In this document: positions 1-9,027 of the stretch, piece after piece | Layout of the letters: each line of letters opens with the position of its first letter | Position numbering within the stretch: the first letter of the stretch is position 1 | Source: Candidatus Falkowbacteria bacterium | Lineage (GTDB): Bacteria; Patescibacteriota; Patescibacteriia; Patescibacteriales; UBA12465 | Assembly: GCA_037132255.1 (NCBI GenBank) | Contig: JBAXPN010000001.1 | Coordinates: 340,113-404,112 of the forward strand | Reading direction: 5' to 3' | Length of the DNA: 64,000 nucleotides | Program-made: the position numbers and the translations under genes | The notes under the pieces: generated by a model | What the model was told of the DNA's origin: nothing | Seen by the model: only the letters and a program-made list of their open reading frames with translations | The model's database searches: none

Positions 1-585
1 ATTTATTAATCGGCCAGTCACAGATAAATTAGCCGTCGAACCCGGATCCATATCCGGCAGACTCCAACCATAATTCCCACTTTGCGGAGTGACTGAACTA
101 CTGGTAACAATAAAATTTTCCGGATACTGGACCTCTAGATGAACCTTAGTTAAAGAAAACTTGCTTGGGTTATGATATTCTATTTTATAAGAAAATTCTT
201 CTCCGGCTAATATTTTTTCCGGAGCACTTATTTTAAGCTCAAGAGAACTTGAATCGTTTGAACCACCAAAAAAATATGAATAAGAAAAATAGGCTAGTCC
301 AACAATAAGGGTTAAAACAAGTAGACGTCGAAAAAAACGAATAATAAACAATTGACGACGTCTAATTTTCATTGTCTTAACATCAACGAACCCGCCTTTT
401 TTATTTGCGTATATTTCAGATAAATTTGTATCTATTTCCTGATTTCTCATCTCACGATTAACAACTCGCTCAAAACTAGCAACTTCTTTTTCGGTCGGTA
501 CGGGGCGCTCAACAAAAGCCGATAAACTTGAATCACCTTTTTTATCCACCCGTAACATTTTTTTTGATTTTTTTTCGTCTGCCAT
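1..585 (-). CDS. membrane-anchored protein of unknown function, N-terminal part only (CDS continues past the left window edge)
   Basis: Absent from the ORF track because the window edge cuts it. The ATG is the complement of 583-585, 7 nt after the stop of the upstream gene. The frame stays open for all 195 codons to nt 1. Translation MADEKKSKKMLRVDKKGD...; one TM (LLVLTLIVGLAYFSYSYFF), then a beta-rich ectodomain start (LELKISAPEKILAGEEFSYKIEYHN). Confidence 0.55.
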   Translation of the reverse strand, partial: MADEKKSKKMLRVDKKGDSSLSAFVERPVPTEKEVASFERVVNREMRNQEIDTNLSEIYANKKGGFVDVKTMKIRRRQLFIIRFFRRLLVLTLIVGLAYFSYSYFFGGSNDSSSLELKISAPEKILAGEEFSYKIEYHNPSKFSLTKVHLEVQYPENFIVTSSSVTPQSGNYGWSLPDMDPGSTANLSVTGRLIN

Positions 586-592
586 ATAATGC

Positions 593-3109
593 TTAATTAT
601 TTTTTTCTATTAAAATTGACCAAAATTTATCCGAATTTAATTTATCGTTAATATTCCAGCCCTGATCTCCACCGAGATTATTAGGATATCGCCAAAATAC
701 TGGCCATTCAGGCGGGAGTGAAAGACTGCTTTCAAATTCACTAGGCCTCGCGCCTGGTTGTTTTTGGACCATCAAGCTATACGGAATCAGATTCTTTTGA
801 TCTGGATTTAATAAGGAATTTATTTTACTTAGCCAGTCGCTTTTTGGCGCTTGATCTAAAAAATTAAATGGCAAGCGATATTTAATAACAACAACAGCGG
901 TTTGCGCTGGGTCAACCATTAACCAATTCGCAAATACTGTTTTATTATTTTCTTCATAAACTTTAGTTCCGCTATTTTCATCTACCAATGCCCTATTTTC
1001 TTTTTCTAAAAACTCACTCTCGGTCCAGTCTGCTTCCGGCTTCTCATTAAAATATTTTTCATCTGGCGCGCCAAAACCTTCAGCCGATAAAAGCTCACTA
1101 CCCTTGGGCACATAAACTCTAATCCAATCAACATTTCGCACGCCGGTCATTGCTTCATTTTTGACACCCGTATGTGCCCTAGTTATAGTGACAGTATTTA
1201 TAATAGCTCCGTCGATTTTTACCTCACTTTTATGCTCAATTTTTTCTCTCATCATTCGATCAGATTTTTGTCCAGCGATATTTGTGTTAATAAGCATCAA
1301 ATAATCTCGGTTTGTGTCCTTAACCTCGCCTGCCCAATTACGGCGACTTACCTCGGCTTGCAGCGAAGGGTCAGTAAAATAAAATAGAACTTGTTTTTCA
1401 GCCATACTTTCTTCAAATAAAGCCAGAATTTGAACCAAACTATCTTTATTTAATTTCTGCGGTAAGGTTTCCAATATTTTCGCCATCAAATCGCCAATTA
1501 TTTTCTTTGGCTTATTATCAGAATTTTCTTCCAGCCCCTGTCTAATCGGTAAGCTGGATGATACGATTGTTGAACTCGCTGGTACGCCAATAATAGCCTC
1601 CGGATTAGTCAGGGCTAGATTTTTTTGTTCAACTATTTTTTGTACGGTTTCCCAAAAATTATTTGCATCGATAGTTATTCCGTATTCTTTCGTTAAATCA
1701 ATTGGTCCTGTTATTTCTAAAAGTCTCTCGACGACTGTCGGCGTAACACTAATAACCCCATCGACTGTTGGGCCGTCGCTCTTTTCATAGAACCACATTA
1801 AATTTTTTGCGGTTGTCGGCCAATTTGGCCACCAATTCGCGTCCCAAAAGTGCCAAAGAGGATTGACGAGCCATAAAGGTTTCGGGGCTACAACGCGCAC
1901 ATTCATACCACCTTCCGTATCGTAAGATCCGCCACCGGGAACTTCTAAATTTCTTATTTTACCGTCCCGAATATCAACTAAGGCATAACTGCCCAGGAAT
2001 CCTCCACTGGCCCGCAATTCGGAGTTATTTTGAAAAACTAAAAGATAACGCTTATCCTTCGTTGCACCAAGAACATTTTTTAATTTTGCACCCGCGCTGA
2101 CAAATGACTCAAGATTCTTTGTAAGTAAGTCCGCCTGCTCAGTAATACTAATAAATTTATCACGATATTCGCTCGGCAGATTTTCCGGATTAACTTTTTC
2201 TAATTCACTTTGTAATTTATTTGCGTCGACGACAGCAAGCTCACCATAATAAGTAAACTTATCAAGCGAAACCGAAAAGCTTTCCTTATTACTTCCAAAT
2301 AAACTATCGGTTGCTAATACCAAATTACTTCCGAACGAAGAAGCAATCGCTCCGGCACGTAAAAATTTCTTACTTTCTGCGGCCAATTTTAATTTTGGAT
2401 CACCTGATAAGGCAGCCAGTGATAGAATCGAATCATTAATTTTATTAAGTTGCTCCTGCGCCGCTAAAAAATTATTTCCGGCATTTTGAAACTCGGTATC
2501 AGCGTCTTTTAGATCCATCTTCGTGACCGCATTAGTGGCAGCCATTAAATTATTAATAGCAAGTTGCGATGATCCCAGGATCTTATTTTCTAATCCACTT
2601 AAATCCAAAAATTCAAAGAAACTAAGAAGCTTTAAAGGTACAATTATTAATATTAAAACAATAACAAAAGACAAAATCGAGCGATACCAAATAACTTTTT
2701 CTTCAGCGTTTTCCGCACGCCTTGTTTGTTCAATTAGATCTCTGCCTGATTTATGATTGTATTTAGATGCTTTTTTAAAAATGGCAATCTGCTCGGAATA
2801 AAATTTATCCCAGGGACTATTTGACTTCGACGAGTGGCGTCTTATAAATTTAAAATCAAAGAATGAAAAACGATTTTTTTTCGGCAGACTAATAGTTCCC
2901 TGCCCAATATGCAATAAATTAGGTTTAATTTTTTGTGACTTATTTTCAAGATATTCAATTTCCTTAATCACCTGTTTAGCGACTTTTTTTTCTTTTTTTT
3001 CAATTTGTTTAATCTCCTGAACGGCGCGTTTTCGCAAATCAACGACAAAACTAGAGCGCAGGTCTCTAGAAGAATTATTAATATTTAATTGTTTCTTATT
3101 TTTAGACAT
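593..3109 (-). CDS. large single-pass membrane protein, DUF4012-like
   Basis: 838-aa track ORF. Lys-rich cytoplasmic head, one TM around aa 150-170, large ectodomain. Segments SGGFLGSYALVDIRDGKIRNLEVPGGGSYD and WHFWDANWWPNWP look to me like the DUF4012 family seen in glycan loci (recollection, no search). 8-nt overlap with the upstream GT gene suggests co-translation. Confidence 0.7.
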   Translation of the reverse strand: MSKNKKQLNINNSSRDLRSSFVVDLRKRAVQEIKQIEKKEKKVAKQVIKEIEYLENKSQKIKPNLLHIGQGTISLPKKNRFSFFDFKFIRRHSSKSNSPWDKFYSEQIAIFKKASKYNHKSGRDLIEQTRRAENAEEKVIWYRSILSFVIVLILIIVPLKLLSFFEFLDLSGLENKILGSSQLAINNLMAATNAVTKMDLKDADTEFQNAGNNFLAAQEQLNKINDSILSLAALSGDPKLKLAAESKKFLRAGAIASSFGSNLVLATDSLFGSNKESFSVSLDKFTYYGELAVVDANKLQSELEKVNPENLPSEYRDKFISITEQADLLTKNLESFVSAGAKLKNVLGATKDKRYLLVFQNNSELRASGGFLGSYALVDIRDGKIRNLEVPGGGSYDTEGGMNVRVVAPKPLWLVNPLWHFWDANWWPNWPTTAKNLMWFYEKSDGPTVDGVISVTPTVVERLLEITGPIDLTKEYGITIDANNFWETVQKIVEQKNLALTNPEAIIGVPASSTIVSSSLPIRQGLEENSDNKPKKIIGDLMAKILETLPQKLNKDSLVQILALFEESMAEKQVLFYFTDPSLQAEVSRRNWAGEVKDTNRDYLMLINTNIAGQKSDRMMREKIEHKSEVKIDGAIINTVTITRAHTGVKNEAMTGVRNVDWIRVYVPKGSELLSAEGFGAPDEKYFNEKPEADWTESEFLEKENRALVDENSGTKVYEENNKTVFANWLMVDPAQTAVVVIKYRLPFNFLDQAPKSDWLSKINSLLNPDQKNLIPYSLMVQKQPGARPSEFESSLSLPPEWPVFWRYPNNLGGDQGWNINDKLNSDKFWSILIEKNN

Positions 3110-4283
3110 GTAAAATTTCGTGATAAACGGCTAAAGTTTTTTGCGCACAATCCCACCAACTATATTTTTTTACTTGTTCCAATCCTTTGACTACTAAAGA
3201 CTTTCTTAATTCATTATCATTCAAAACTTTAAGTATCGAATCGACCATATCGGCTTCATTCTCGGGATTAAAATATAATGCCGCTTCGCCCAGTATTTCC
3301 GGTAAACACGTGCGATTAGAGCTCACAACCGGGCAACCCTTCGCCATTGCTTCAAGCGGTGGCAAGCCAAAACCTTCATACAAAGAAGGAAAAATGTAGA
3401 CACTCGCTTCCTGATAAAGAATTTCTAATTGCGCATCCGAAATATAGCCGGGAAAAATAACGGGACTATTTAAATTCTCTTTTTGCCAAAGATTGAGCGA
3501 ACGAGCATTATCATGAACTCGATTATAAAAATAATCCTCTTTACCGATTAGAACTAATCTCAAATCTGGTTTTTGCTGCAATAATTTTGCAAAAACATGC
3601 AATAACACTTCTAAATTTTTATGCGGGTAAGCATTTCCAACATAAAGCAAAAAATTATTGGCGATATGATATTGATTCAATGTTTCTTCATTATCAAGTT
3701 TCGCTACGAACAAAGAGTCGCGTCCTTTTGCTAGATTAGCAACCCCCTCATAAGTTACAACAATCTTATTAGGCTCTACATTAAATTTACTAATCATGTC
3801 CTGCTTGGTAAATTCTGACACCGTAATTATCTTTTCCGAACGTTTAATGGCGCTAAAAATAACCAAACGATACGCTAAATTTTTTAAACGGTAAATCAAT
3901 GGATTAAGAGTCGTTGCGCGCAAGGTTGGAAAATGAGTTAAGATTAAATCATGAATAGTTACAACAAAATTGCATGGTGTCAGAATTGGGACATTAAAAT
4001 GCGGAAAATGAATTAAATCTAGTTTTTCACGCCAAATATACAAAGGAAATAATAGTTGCTCTTTCCAGGAATACCAGGGAATTTGCAAACAAACTTTTTT
4101 TACGTTTTCTGTTTCGCAAACAAATTCGTCAAAATTTTCTAGGCTTAAAAAGATTACAAAATTAAAACCAGCGCCTATTTCTGCGCTCGTAATTTTCATT
4201 ATATTATCAACCACTTCTTGTGTATAGCGCCCCAATCCTTTACCGATTGGTCCGTAGAAGCGGGCATCAATGCCAATTCGCAT
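3102..4283 (-). CDS. glycosyltransferase family 1 (GT-B fold, GT4-like)
   Basis: Track ORF 3102-4334. EGFGLPPLEAMAKGCPVVSS (E-x7-E region) is the GT1 signature. I prefer the internal ATG at 4283 (MRIGIDARFYGP...), which removes a 41-nt overlap with the upstream gene. Confidence 0.85.
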   Translation of the reverse strand: MRIGIDARFYGPIGKGLGRYTQEVVDNIMKITSAEIGAGFNFVIFLSLENFDEFVCETENVKKVCLQIPWYSWKEQLLFPLYIWREKLDLIHFPHFNVPILTPCNFVVTIHDLILTHFPTLRATTLNPLIYRLKNLAYRLVIFSAIKRSEKIITVSEFTKQDMISKFNVEPNKIVVTYEGVANLAKGRDSLFVAKLDNEETLNQYHIANNFLLYVGNAYPHKNLEVLLHVFAKLLQQKPDLRLVLIGKEDYFYNRVHDNARSLNLWQKENLNSPVIFPGYISDAQLEILYQEASVYIFPSLYEGFGLPPLEAMAKGCPVVSSNRTCLPEILGEAALYFNPENEADMVDSILKVLNDNELRKSLVVKGLEQVKKYSWWDCAQKTLAVYHEILHV

Positions 4284-4293
4284 GAAATTTAAT

Positions 4294-5727
4294 TTAAACA
4301 AATGGTAAATTAGGTGGCGTCGATGCTGTTTCATCTTCTTTCTTTAAATCAGCCGCGTAAGAAGATTTAGGTTTACTGGAGTTAAAACCACTAAATATAT
4401 CTGCCGGCAAAGGAGTACTCTCTTCGGCCAAAGGTAAGGACGAGGGAGCATCAGCTTTTCTTCCGGGAGCTTTTTGAATCATTGGTGATTTAACATTAGC
4501 TTCAACCGGAAAATGCCATAAAGTCGCCAACTCTTCAGTATTCAATAAAAAAGGTTCTCGTCCTGCGTCAGAACGATTGATATAATTATTAAAAATTTTT
4601 CTTTTCTTTTCCTTTAAGCGTGATTCCTTCATGAAATAAACTGTCTTAGTGAATGTAGCCTTTAAATCAGGCTTAAAGCTATTAAGGTCGTTAGAAATAA
4701 ATTGTTTTATATAACCGACAAAACCACTAAAAACTTTAGCTTTATCCATAACATCCTTTTTCGCCAAGTAGATAACTCTAAGTTTTGTATAGAATCCTTG
4801 CTTAATTGATTTTAAATGCATGGCCTCAACTTGGCGTTTTTCTTTTGGAGTAAGATCAAGCATGGTTCTTTTATCGTCCTTCTTATCTTTTTTACTCGCA
4901 TCAATATCTCCCCAAATTGGATAAATTACTTCGCTCGCATCGCCCATCCATTCCAAACCTTTCATTACTAAACCTGGATCCGCTTTCTTCTTTCGGCCTA
5001 GTACTTTATCGAGTTCTTTTTGAATTGCGCCAACCCATTCAAAGCCAGTTGGGATGACAATCATTTGAAACCATAATTGTTCCCCTTGTCTAAGAGATCC
5101 ACAAAGATCCATGAGCGAAGCCATGGGATCCTTAAATTGCGTTTCGCTTGCACCCATTTTATGCTCAAATTCCTCATATGTCTTGAATGGATAATACCAA
5201 GAATTCTGCAGTATAAACTCTGAACCAAACAAATCCCATTCTTCATCAGGCCATTTTTGCGGAACAGTTTCAATATAATCATCAACTTCGGAAATTTCGG
5301 CGTCAGGATACTGTGAATACACTGAAGATTCAATTAAATTTCTAAACTCCAGAGGAGTTCTAATCAAAAACTGGGTATAGCCCTCGAGACTAACGATTTC
5401 ATAACTAAAAGATTTTTGATAAATGCCTTCGAACCATTTTTCATAAAAATTCTGCGATCCGTGTGCTCCTCCTAAATATGTGAACATGTTCTCAACCGCC
5501 TTCGGTGACTGTTCATTACCCTTCGGAATATCAATAGCGAGCAAAACTGATTTATGTGTTTTGCTCCATTTAACCCGCATGTAATACAACCAAACGTCGC
5601 GAGCTCCAATTAGAAAAATAATAGCAAAAAGAAACCAGCCCCAATTGCCTAAAAAAACCCAAAACATCCGCTCCGGGGGCAGATTCAAAAACCGTACAAA
5701 GCCGGTCGTGTTAATAACTATGTCCAT
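4294..5727 (-). CDS. single-pass membrane protein of unknown function
   Basis: 477-aa track ORF. N-terminal TM (FWVFLGNWGWFLFAIIFLIGA), then a globular region (LLAIDIPKGNEQSPKAVENMF...FSYEIVSLEGYTQFLIRTPLEFRNLIESSVYSQYPDAEI). No P-loop or catalytic motif seen. The nested 5061-5333 track ORF is an alternative frame of the same strand. Confidence 0.65.
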   Translation of the reverse strand: MDIVINTTGFVRFLNLPPERMFWVFLGNWGWFLFAIIFLIGARDVWLYYMRVKWSKTHKSVLLAIDIPKGNEQSPKAVENMFTYLGGAHGSQNFYEKWFEGIYQKSFSYEIVSLEGYTQFLIRTPLEFRNLIESSVYSQYPDAEISEVDDYIETVPQKWPDEEWDLFGSEFILQNSWYYPFKTYEEFEHKMGASETQFKDPMASLMDLCGSLRQGEQLWFQMIVIPTGFEWVGAIQKELDKVLGRKKKADPGLVMKGLEWMGDASEVIYPIWGDIDASKKDKKDDKRTMLDLTPKEKRQVEAMHLKSIKQGFYTKLRVIYLAKKDVMDKAKVFSGFVGYIKQFISNDLNSFKPDLKATFTKTVYFMKESRLKEKKRKIFNNYINRSDAGREPFLLNTEELATLWHFPVEANVKSPMIQKAPGRKADAPSSLPLAEESTPLPADIFSGFNSSKPKSSYAADLKKEDETASTPPNLPFV

Positions 5728-5775
5728 ACTCTTTTCATTATATTAACATCTATATTTTAGCATATTTTTCAAAAA

Positions 5776-5809
5776 AACAAAAAATCCGAGCGCAATGCTT
5801 GGATTTTTT
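5776..5809 (-). terminator. rho-independent terminator after the sigma-r4/HARE-HTH gene
   Basis: Hairpin ATCCGAG (5784-5790) / CTTGGAT (5798-5804) with a 7-nt loop. An A-run before it and a T-run after it give a U-tail on the minus strand, downstream of the stop at 5841. Confidence 0.6.
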
Positions 5810-5840
5810 AATTTATATCGAATTGTTGCTAAATTTTGTC

Positions 5841-6881
5841 TTATTTTGACCAATCTTTTAGGCCATAAGTTCCTCGGCTAATCAACACGTAACGATCGTC
5901 AAGGATTAATTCGTTATGAACGGTTGCGGCATTAGCAGTTTTCTTATCGAATTTCATTTCATTGATACGTTTGGCGATTTCAGTAAAGTGAAGAGGCTGA
6001 GCTTCGTGTTTTAAAATTAAATAAATCTTATCATTAACGGTCTTTGGTTTAATTTCTTCCCAGCCAGCGATACCCCATTCACCGTATTTATTCTGTTCTA
6101 AATTCTTGACCGCTTGCATAAGCGAATAAAGAATTTTATTGCTATTGATAAGTTCGGCCTTGTCAGGAAAAACCTGGCTCTTAAAAACAGATGAAATATC
6201 TGAATGACCGCCGATACTTAGCTTCTCTTGGTTTTTATTATAGGAGTCTAGTTTCTTTAATAGGTCTAATAATTCTTCAGTAGTATACGTTTTCTTAAGA
6301 GTCTCAACTTTCTTTAGTAAATCGTCAGCCAATTCTTCTAAATGATCAACTTCATCGGTCTTTAATTTAAAAGAAGGGTTGAATTTATCGTGATTCTCAA
6401 TAATTTCCAAATCGTCGCCCATTAACTTCGAAATTAAGAAATTGAAATGGTTACGGTAAGAAGAGCAATTTTTTTCGTACTCAGGTTCATTGACACTATT
6501 TTCATTATTTATTTCGAGAGCCATAACGGTTAGAATATCTAGCAGATAATCACGGCGGATAAGACCACCATGCTCACTTAAAAGATTTTCAACTGTTTGC
6601 TTTAAAACAAGCAATGAACTCTCTAATGTTTCTAATTTTTTGATTTTTTTAATACTGGCTGCCTCAATTTGTCTAACACGTTCACGTGTTAACTTATGAA
6701 GACTCCCGATTTTTTCCAGTGTTTCACCCTTATCACCCTTTAAACCAAAACGACGGGATAGAATATCCTTCTCTCTGTCTAATAGCTCAGAGAATAAAGA
6801 GTTCACGATGTTGATGGCATCAAGTCGAGCCAATTCTTCGGACTTCTCCTCTTTAATCATTTTTTCTAATAAGTTTTCCAT
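5841..6881 (-). CDS. sigma-70 region-4-like HTH protein with C-terminal HARE-HTH domain
   Basis: 346-aa track ORF. N-terminal LSRRFGLKGDKGETLEKIGSLHKLTRERVRQIEAASIKKIKKL matches sigma-70 region 4. C-terminal PLHFTEIAKRINEMKF...VHNELILDDRYVLISRGTYGLKDW matches the HARE-HTH pattern of RNAP delta (RpoE). No sigma regions 2 or 3. Confidence 0.7.
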   Translation of the reverse strand: MENLLEKMIKEEKSEELARLDAINIVNSLFSELLDREKDILSRRFGLKGDKGETLEKIGSLHKLTRERVRQIEAASIKKIKKLETLESSLLVLKQTVENLLSEHGGLIRRDYLLDILTVMALEINNENSVNEPEYEKNCSSYRNHFNFLISKLMGDDLEIIENHDKFNPSFKLKTDEVDHLEELADDLLKKVETLKKTYTTEELLDLLKKLDSYNKNQEKLSIGGHSDISSVFKSQVFPDKAELINSNKILYSLMQAVKNLEQNKYGEWGIAGWEEIKPKTVNDKIYLILKHEAQPLHFTEIAKRINEMKFDKKTANAATVHNELILDDRYVLISRGTYGLKDWSK

Positions 6882-6931
6882 ATATAAAAATAGACTTGTA
6901 AATATCTGTTAATTATACTTAATCTATCATA

Positions 6932-7903
6932 TTATTTTACATTAGTCAATACCCGCCGAAACTCAAGTATGCTTTTGTACTCCTTTAAAAGAAATTGCTC
7001 TAATGTAAGGGAAAAAATCCCAGTAACAAGAACCTTCGCTAAAATTACTAGTTTATTAGCCAAATTCTGACTTGACCAGTGTTTGACAAATATTAGATGT
7101 TGGTTTCTGAATGACCAAGAACGTATCTGGCGACTCTTATTCCGTCGTTCTCTTATTTTATTAATTGTCCCTCCCTTAGCCACAGCCGCAGTTCGGTCAT
7201 GGTACATAATTGCAGTCGGCACCAAGATAGATTTCCCTTCAATTTTATACAAACGATAGGCTAAATCACAATCTTCTTTGTACATAAAGAAGTTCTCATC
7301 AAAGTATTGATCGTTTTCCTTTATTTTTTCGAGAAAGCTCAATCTGAATAAACCAGCCGCCCCCGAAGGACCTAAAATTTTATATTGGTCAAAGCGCTTG
7401 TCGTCCTCCTTCCCTTGTCCTAAATCTTCGAAACTTAATCCCGCTTTTAATATCAAACCGCAGGAATCAAGCACCCTTGTCTTTGTATTGGCCGCAAAAT
7501 CCCAACGTCTAATTTTTGGGGCAGCGGATGCCAAGCTAGTATCTTTATTAAGAGCCAAAACAAGCTCAGAAATTGTATCTTTTTCTAAAACAGTATCAGG
7601 ATTAATGACTAAAAAATATTCTGACTGGAGACGAGAAGCCGTTCTTATTAAAATATTACAGGCTCGGCTAAATCCCAAATTGCCCGCCGCATGAATATAT
7701 TCAAGAAACTCGGGATTTGGCTTATTAAAAGCCTCGAGCTTATCGCGATTAGTATTATTATTTTGATCACTATTGTCGAAAGCGAGAACCCGATAGTCAT
7801 TGGGCTCTAAAAAACTCAAAGCATTTTTTAAGCTCGGCAAAAAATCTGCCAAATATTTAGCGCTTGAATCGTTATATGTTAGGAAGCCGACAACTATTTT
7901 CAT
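6932..7903 (-). CDS. glycosyltransferase family 2
   Basis: Track ORF 6932-7918 starts at a TTG; I use the ATG at 7903 (MKIVVGFLTYND...). AFDNSD (DxD-like) and FFMYKEDCDLAYRL are typical GT2 (rhamnosyltransferase-type) motifs. Confidence 0.8.
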   Translation of the reverse strand: MKIVVGFLTYNDSSAKYLADFLPSLKNALSFLEPNDYRVLAFDNSDQNNNTNRDKLEAFNKPNPEFLEYIHAAGNLGFSRACNILIRTASRLQSEYFLVINPDTVLEKDTISELVLALNKDTSLASAAPKIRRWDFAANTKTRVLDSCGLILKAGLSFEDLGQGKEDDKRFDQYKILGPSGAAGLFRLSFLEKIKENDQYFDENFFMYKEDCDLAYRLYKIEGKSILVPTAIMYHDRTAAVAKGGTINKIRERRNKSRQIRSWSFRNQHLIFVKHWSSQNLANKLVILAKVLVTGIFSLTLEQFLLKEYKSILEFRRVLTNVK

Positions 7904-7999
7904 ATGTCTTGTTGACAAATAAATGATATGGGGTTATATTTTTTTTATAAAAATATTGTTCTTTTTATTTTCACTAGGGTTAAACTAAAATTAAACGTG

Positions 8000-8251
8000 A
8001 TGACATGTTGTTGTTTAACGAATACCGACGAAGAATTCGTCGAAGAAATAACGGAAAAAGCCAGAGAATGTGCCAGCCGATCGGAGAATGAAGCTGTCGC
8101 GACTTCTCTTATAAATCAAATTAAAGGTGTAAAAATAACCGGAGCTAAATCAAACGGAGCAACGGGCTCATACACTTTTAGCTTACAAATTGATTTACCC
8201 GGCGAAAACCGAACTAAAACAATTACAATAACTACGAGATTTAACTCATGA
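8000..8251 (+). CDS. small hypothetical protein (CCC motif at the N-terminus)
   Basis: Track ORF 7928-8251. The 7928 start leaves almost no room before the divergent GT2 gene, so I prefer ATG 8000 (MTCCCLTNTDEEF...). A strong plus-strand terminator follows directly, which supports a real transcription unit. No SD seen. Confidence 0.4.
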   Translation: MTCCCLTNTDEEFVEEITEKARECASRSENEAVATSLINQIKGVKITGAKSNGATGSYTFSLQIDLPGENRTKTITITTRFNS

Positions 8252-8259
8252 CTGACACA

Positions 8260-8293
8260 AAGGGTTACTGTGCTTGCACTTAACCCTTTTTTT
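8260..8293 (+). terminator. rho-independent terminator
   Basis: AAGGGTTA (8260-8267) / TAACCCTT (8281-8288) 8-bp stem followed by a T-run (8287-8293), 9 nt after the stop at 8251. Confidence 0.65.
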
Positions 8294-8297
8294 ATTA

Positions 8298-9023
8298 TTA
8301 AATCACCATTTTATCAGCCATCTTTTCCTTGGCAAAATTCTGTGCCTTTAGCAAGCTATCAAAGGTACCAGCGTCAAGCCATTCTCCTTTTACTTCCGCG
8401 ACTTCAAGCTCATTCTTTTCCAAAAACCAATTATTTACATCAGTAATTTCAAGTTCGCCACGATTACTCGCTTTCATATTTTTTGAAACTTCAATCACGC
8501 GTTTATCGTAGATATAAAGACCGGTGACCGCATAATTACTTAGGTATTCCTGTGGTTTCTCGATTATTTTTTCCGCCTTCATTTTATCATCAAACTTTAC
8601 GACGCCAAATCTTTCCGGATCACTAACTTTTTTTGCAAATATTTTTGCACCACTCTTAAAGCTTTTTATATCATTTGTAAAATCGTCTTCAAAAATATTA
8701 TCGCCCAATATCATAACAACATTATCATTACCGATAAACTTCTCCCCTATTATAAAAGCCTGCGCCAGACCTTCTGGCTTATCCTGAATTTCATAAGTGA
8801 ATTTAACACCAAATTCCTTACCAGAGCCAAGTAAGTTTAAATAATCGCCAGCTCTTTCTGGCGCAATTATAATTAGAATTTCTTTAATCCCCGCTTTAAT
8901 TAAAGTATTAAGCGGGTAATATATCATCGGCCGATGATAAATGGGCAATAATTGTTTACTGGTTATTTTTGTTAGGGGTCGTAGTCTTGTGCCTGACCCA
9001 CCTGATAATATTATGCCCTTCAT
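8298..9023 (-). CDS. rmlA: glucose-1-phosphate thymidylyltransferase-like sugar nucleotidyltransferase (short form)
   Basis: 241-aa track ORF. The N-terminal MKGIILSGGSGTRLRPLT...KQLLPIYHRPMIYYPL is the RmlA/RfbA signature. It is shorter than the classical ~290-aa enzyme, so substrate specificity is uncertain. Confidence 0.75.
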   Translation of the reverse strand: MKGIILSGGSGTRLRPLTKITSKQLLPIYHRPMIYYPLNTLIKAGIKEILIIIAPERAGDYLNLLGSGKEFGVKFTYEIQDKPEGLAQAFIIGEKFIGNDNVVMILGDNIFEDDFTNDIKSFKSGAKIFAKKVSDPERFGVVKFDDKMKAEKIIEKPQEYLSNYAVTGLYIYDKRVIEVSKNMKASNRGELEITDVNNWFLEKNELEVAEVKGEWLDAGTFDSLLKAQNFAKEKMADKMVI

Positions 9024-9027
9024 ATTT

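Noticed and set aside
5061-5333. 90-aa minus-strand ORF inside the 477-aa gene
   Set aside because: Same strand but a different frame of a longer uninterrupted ORF. No start context. I treat it as a frame artefact, not an overlapping gene.
7928-7999. N-terminal extensions offered by the ORF track. Examples: 7928 start, 4334, 7918 TTG, 9891 TTG, 15964 GTG, 27398 TTG, 38349 TTG, 59921 TTG, 63973 TTG
   Set aside because: The extensions begin at non-ATG codons or overlap upstream genes and promoters. Internal ATGs give canonical family N-termini (MRIGIDARF, MKIVVGF, MKILILGG, MFIGEYNH, MNKALSN...KGTRDWLP, MNSVNNPAIKLENV, MTNNLISVVIPAYN).
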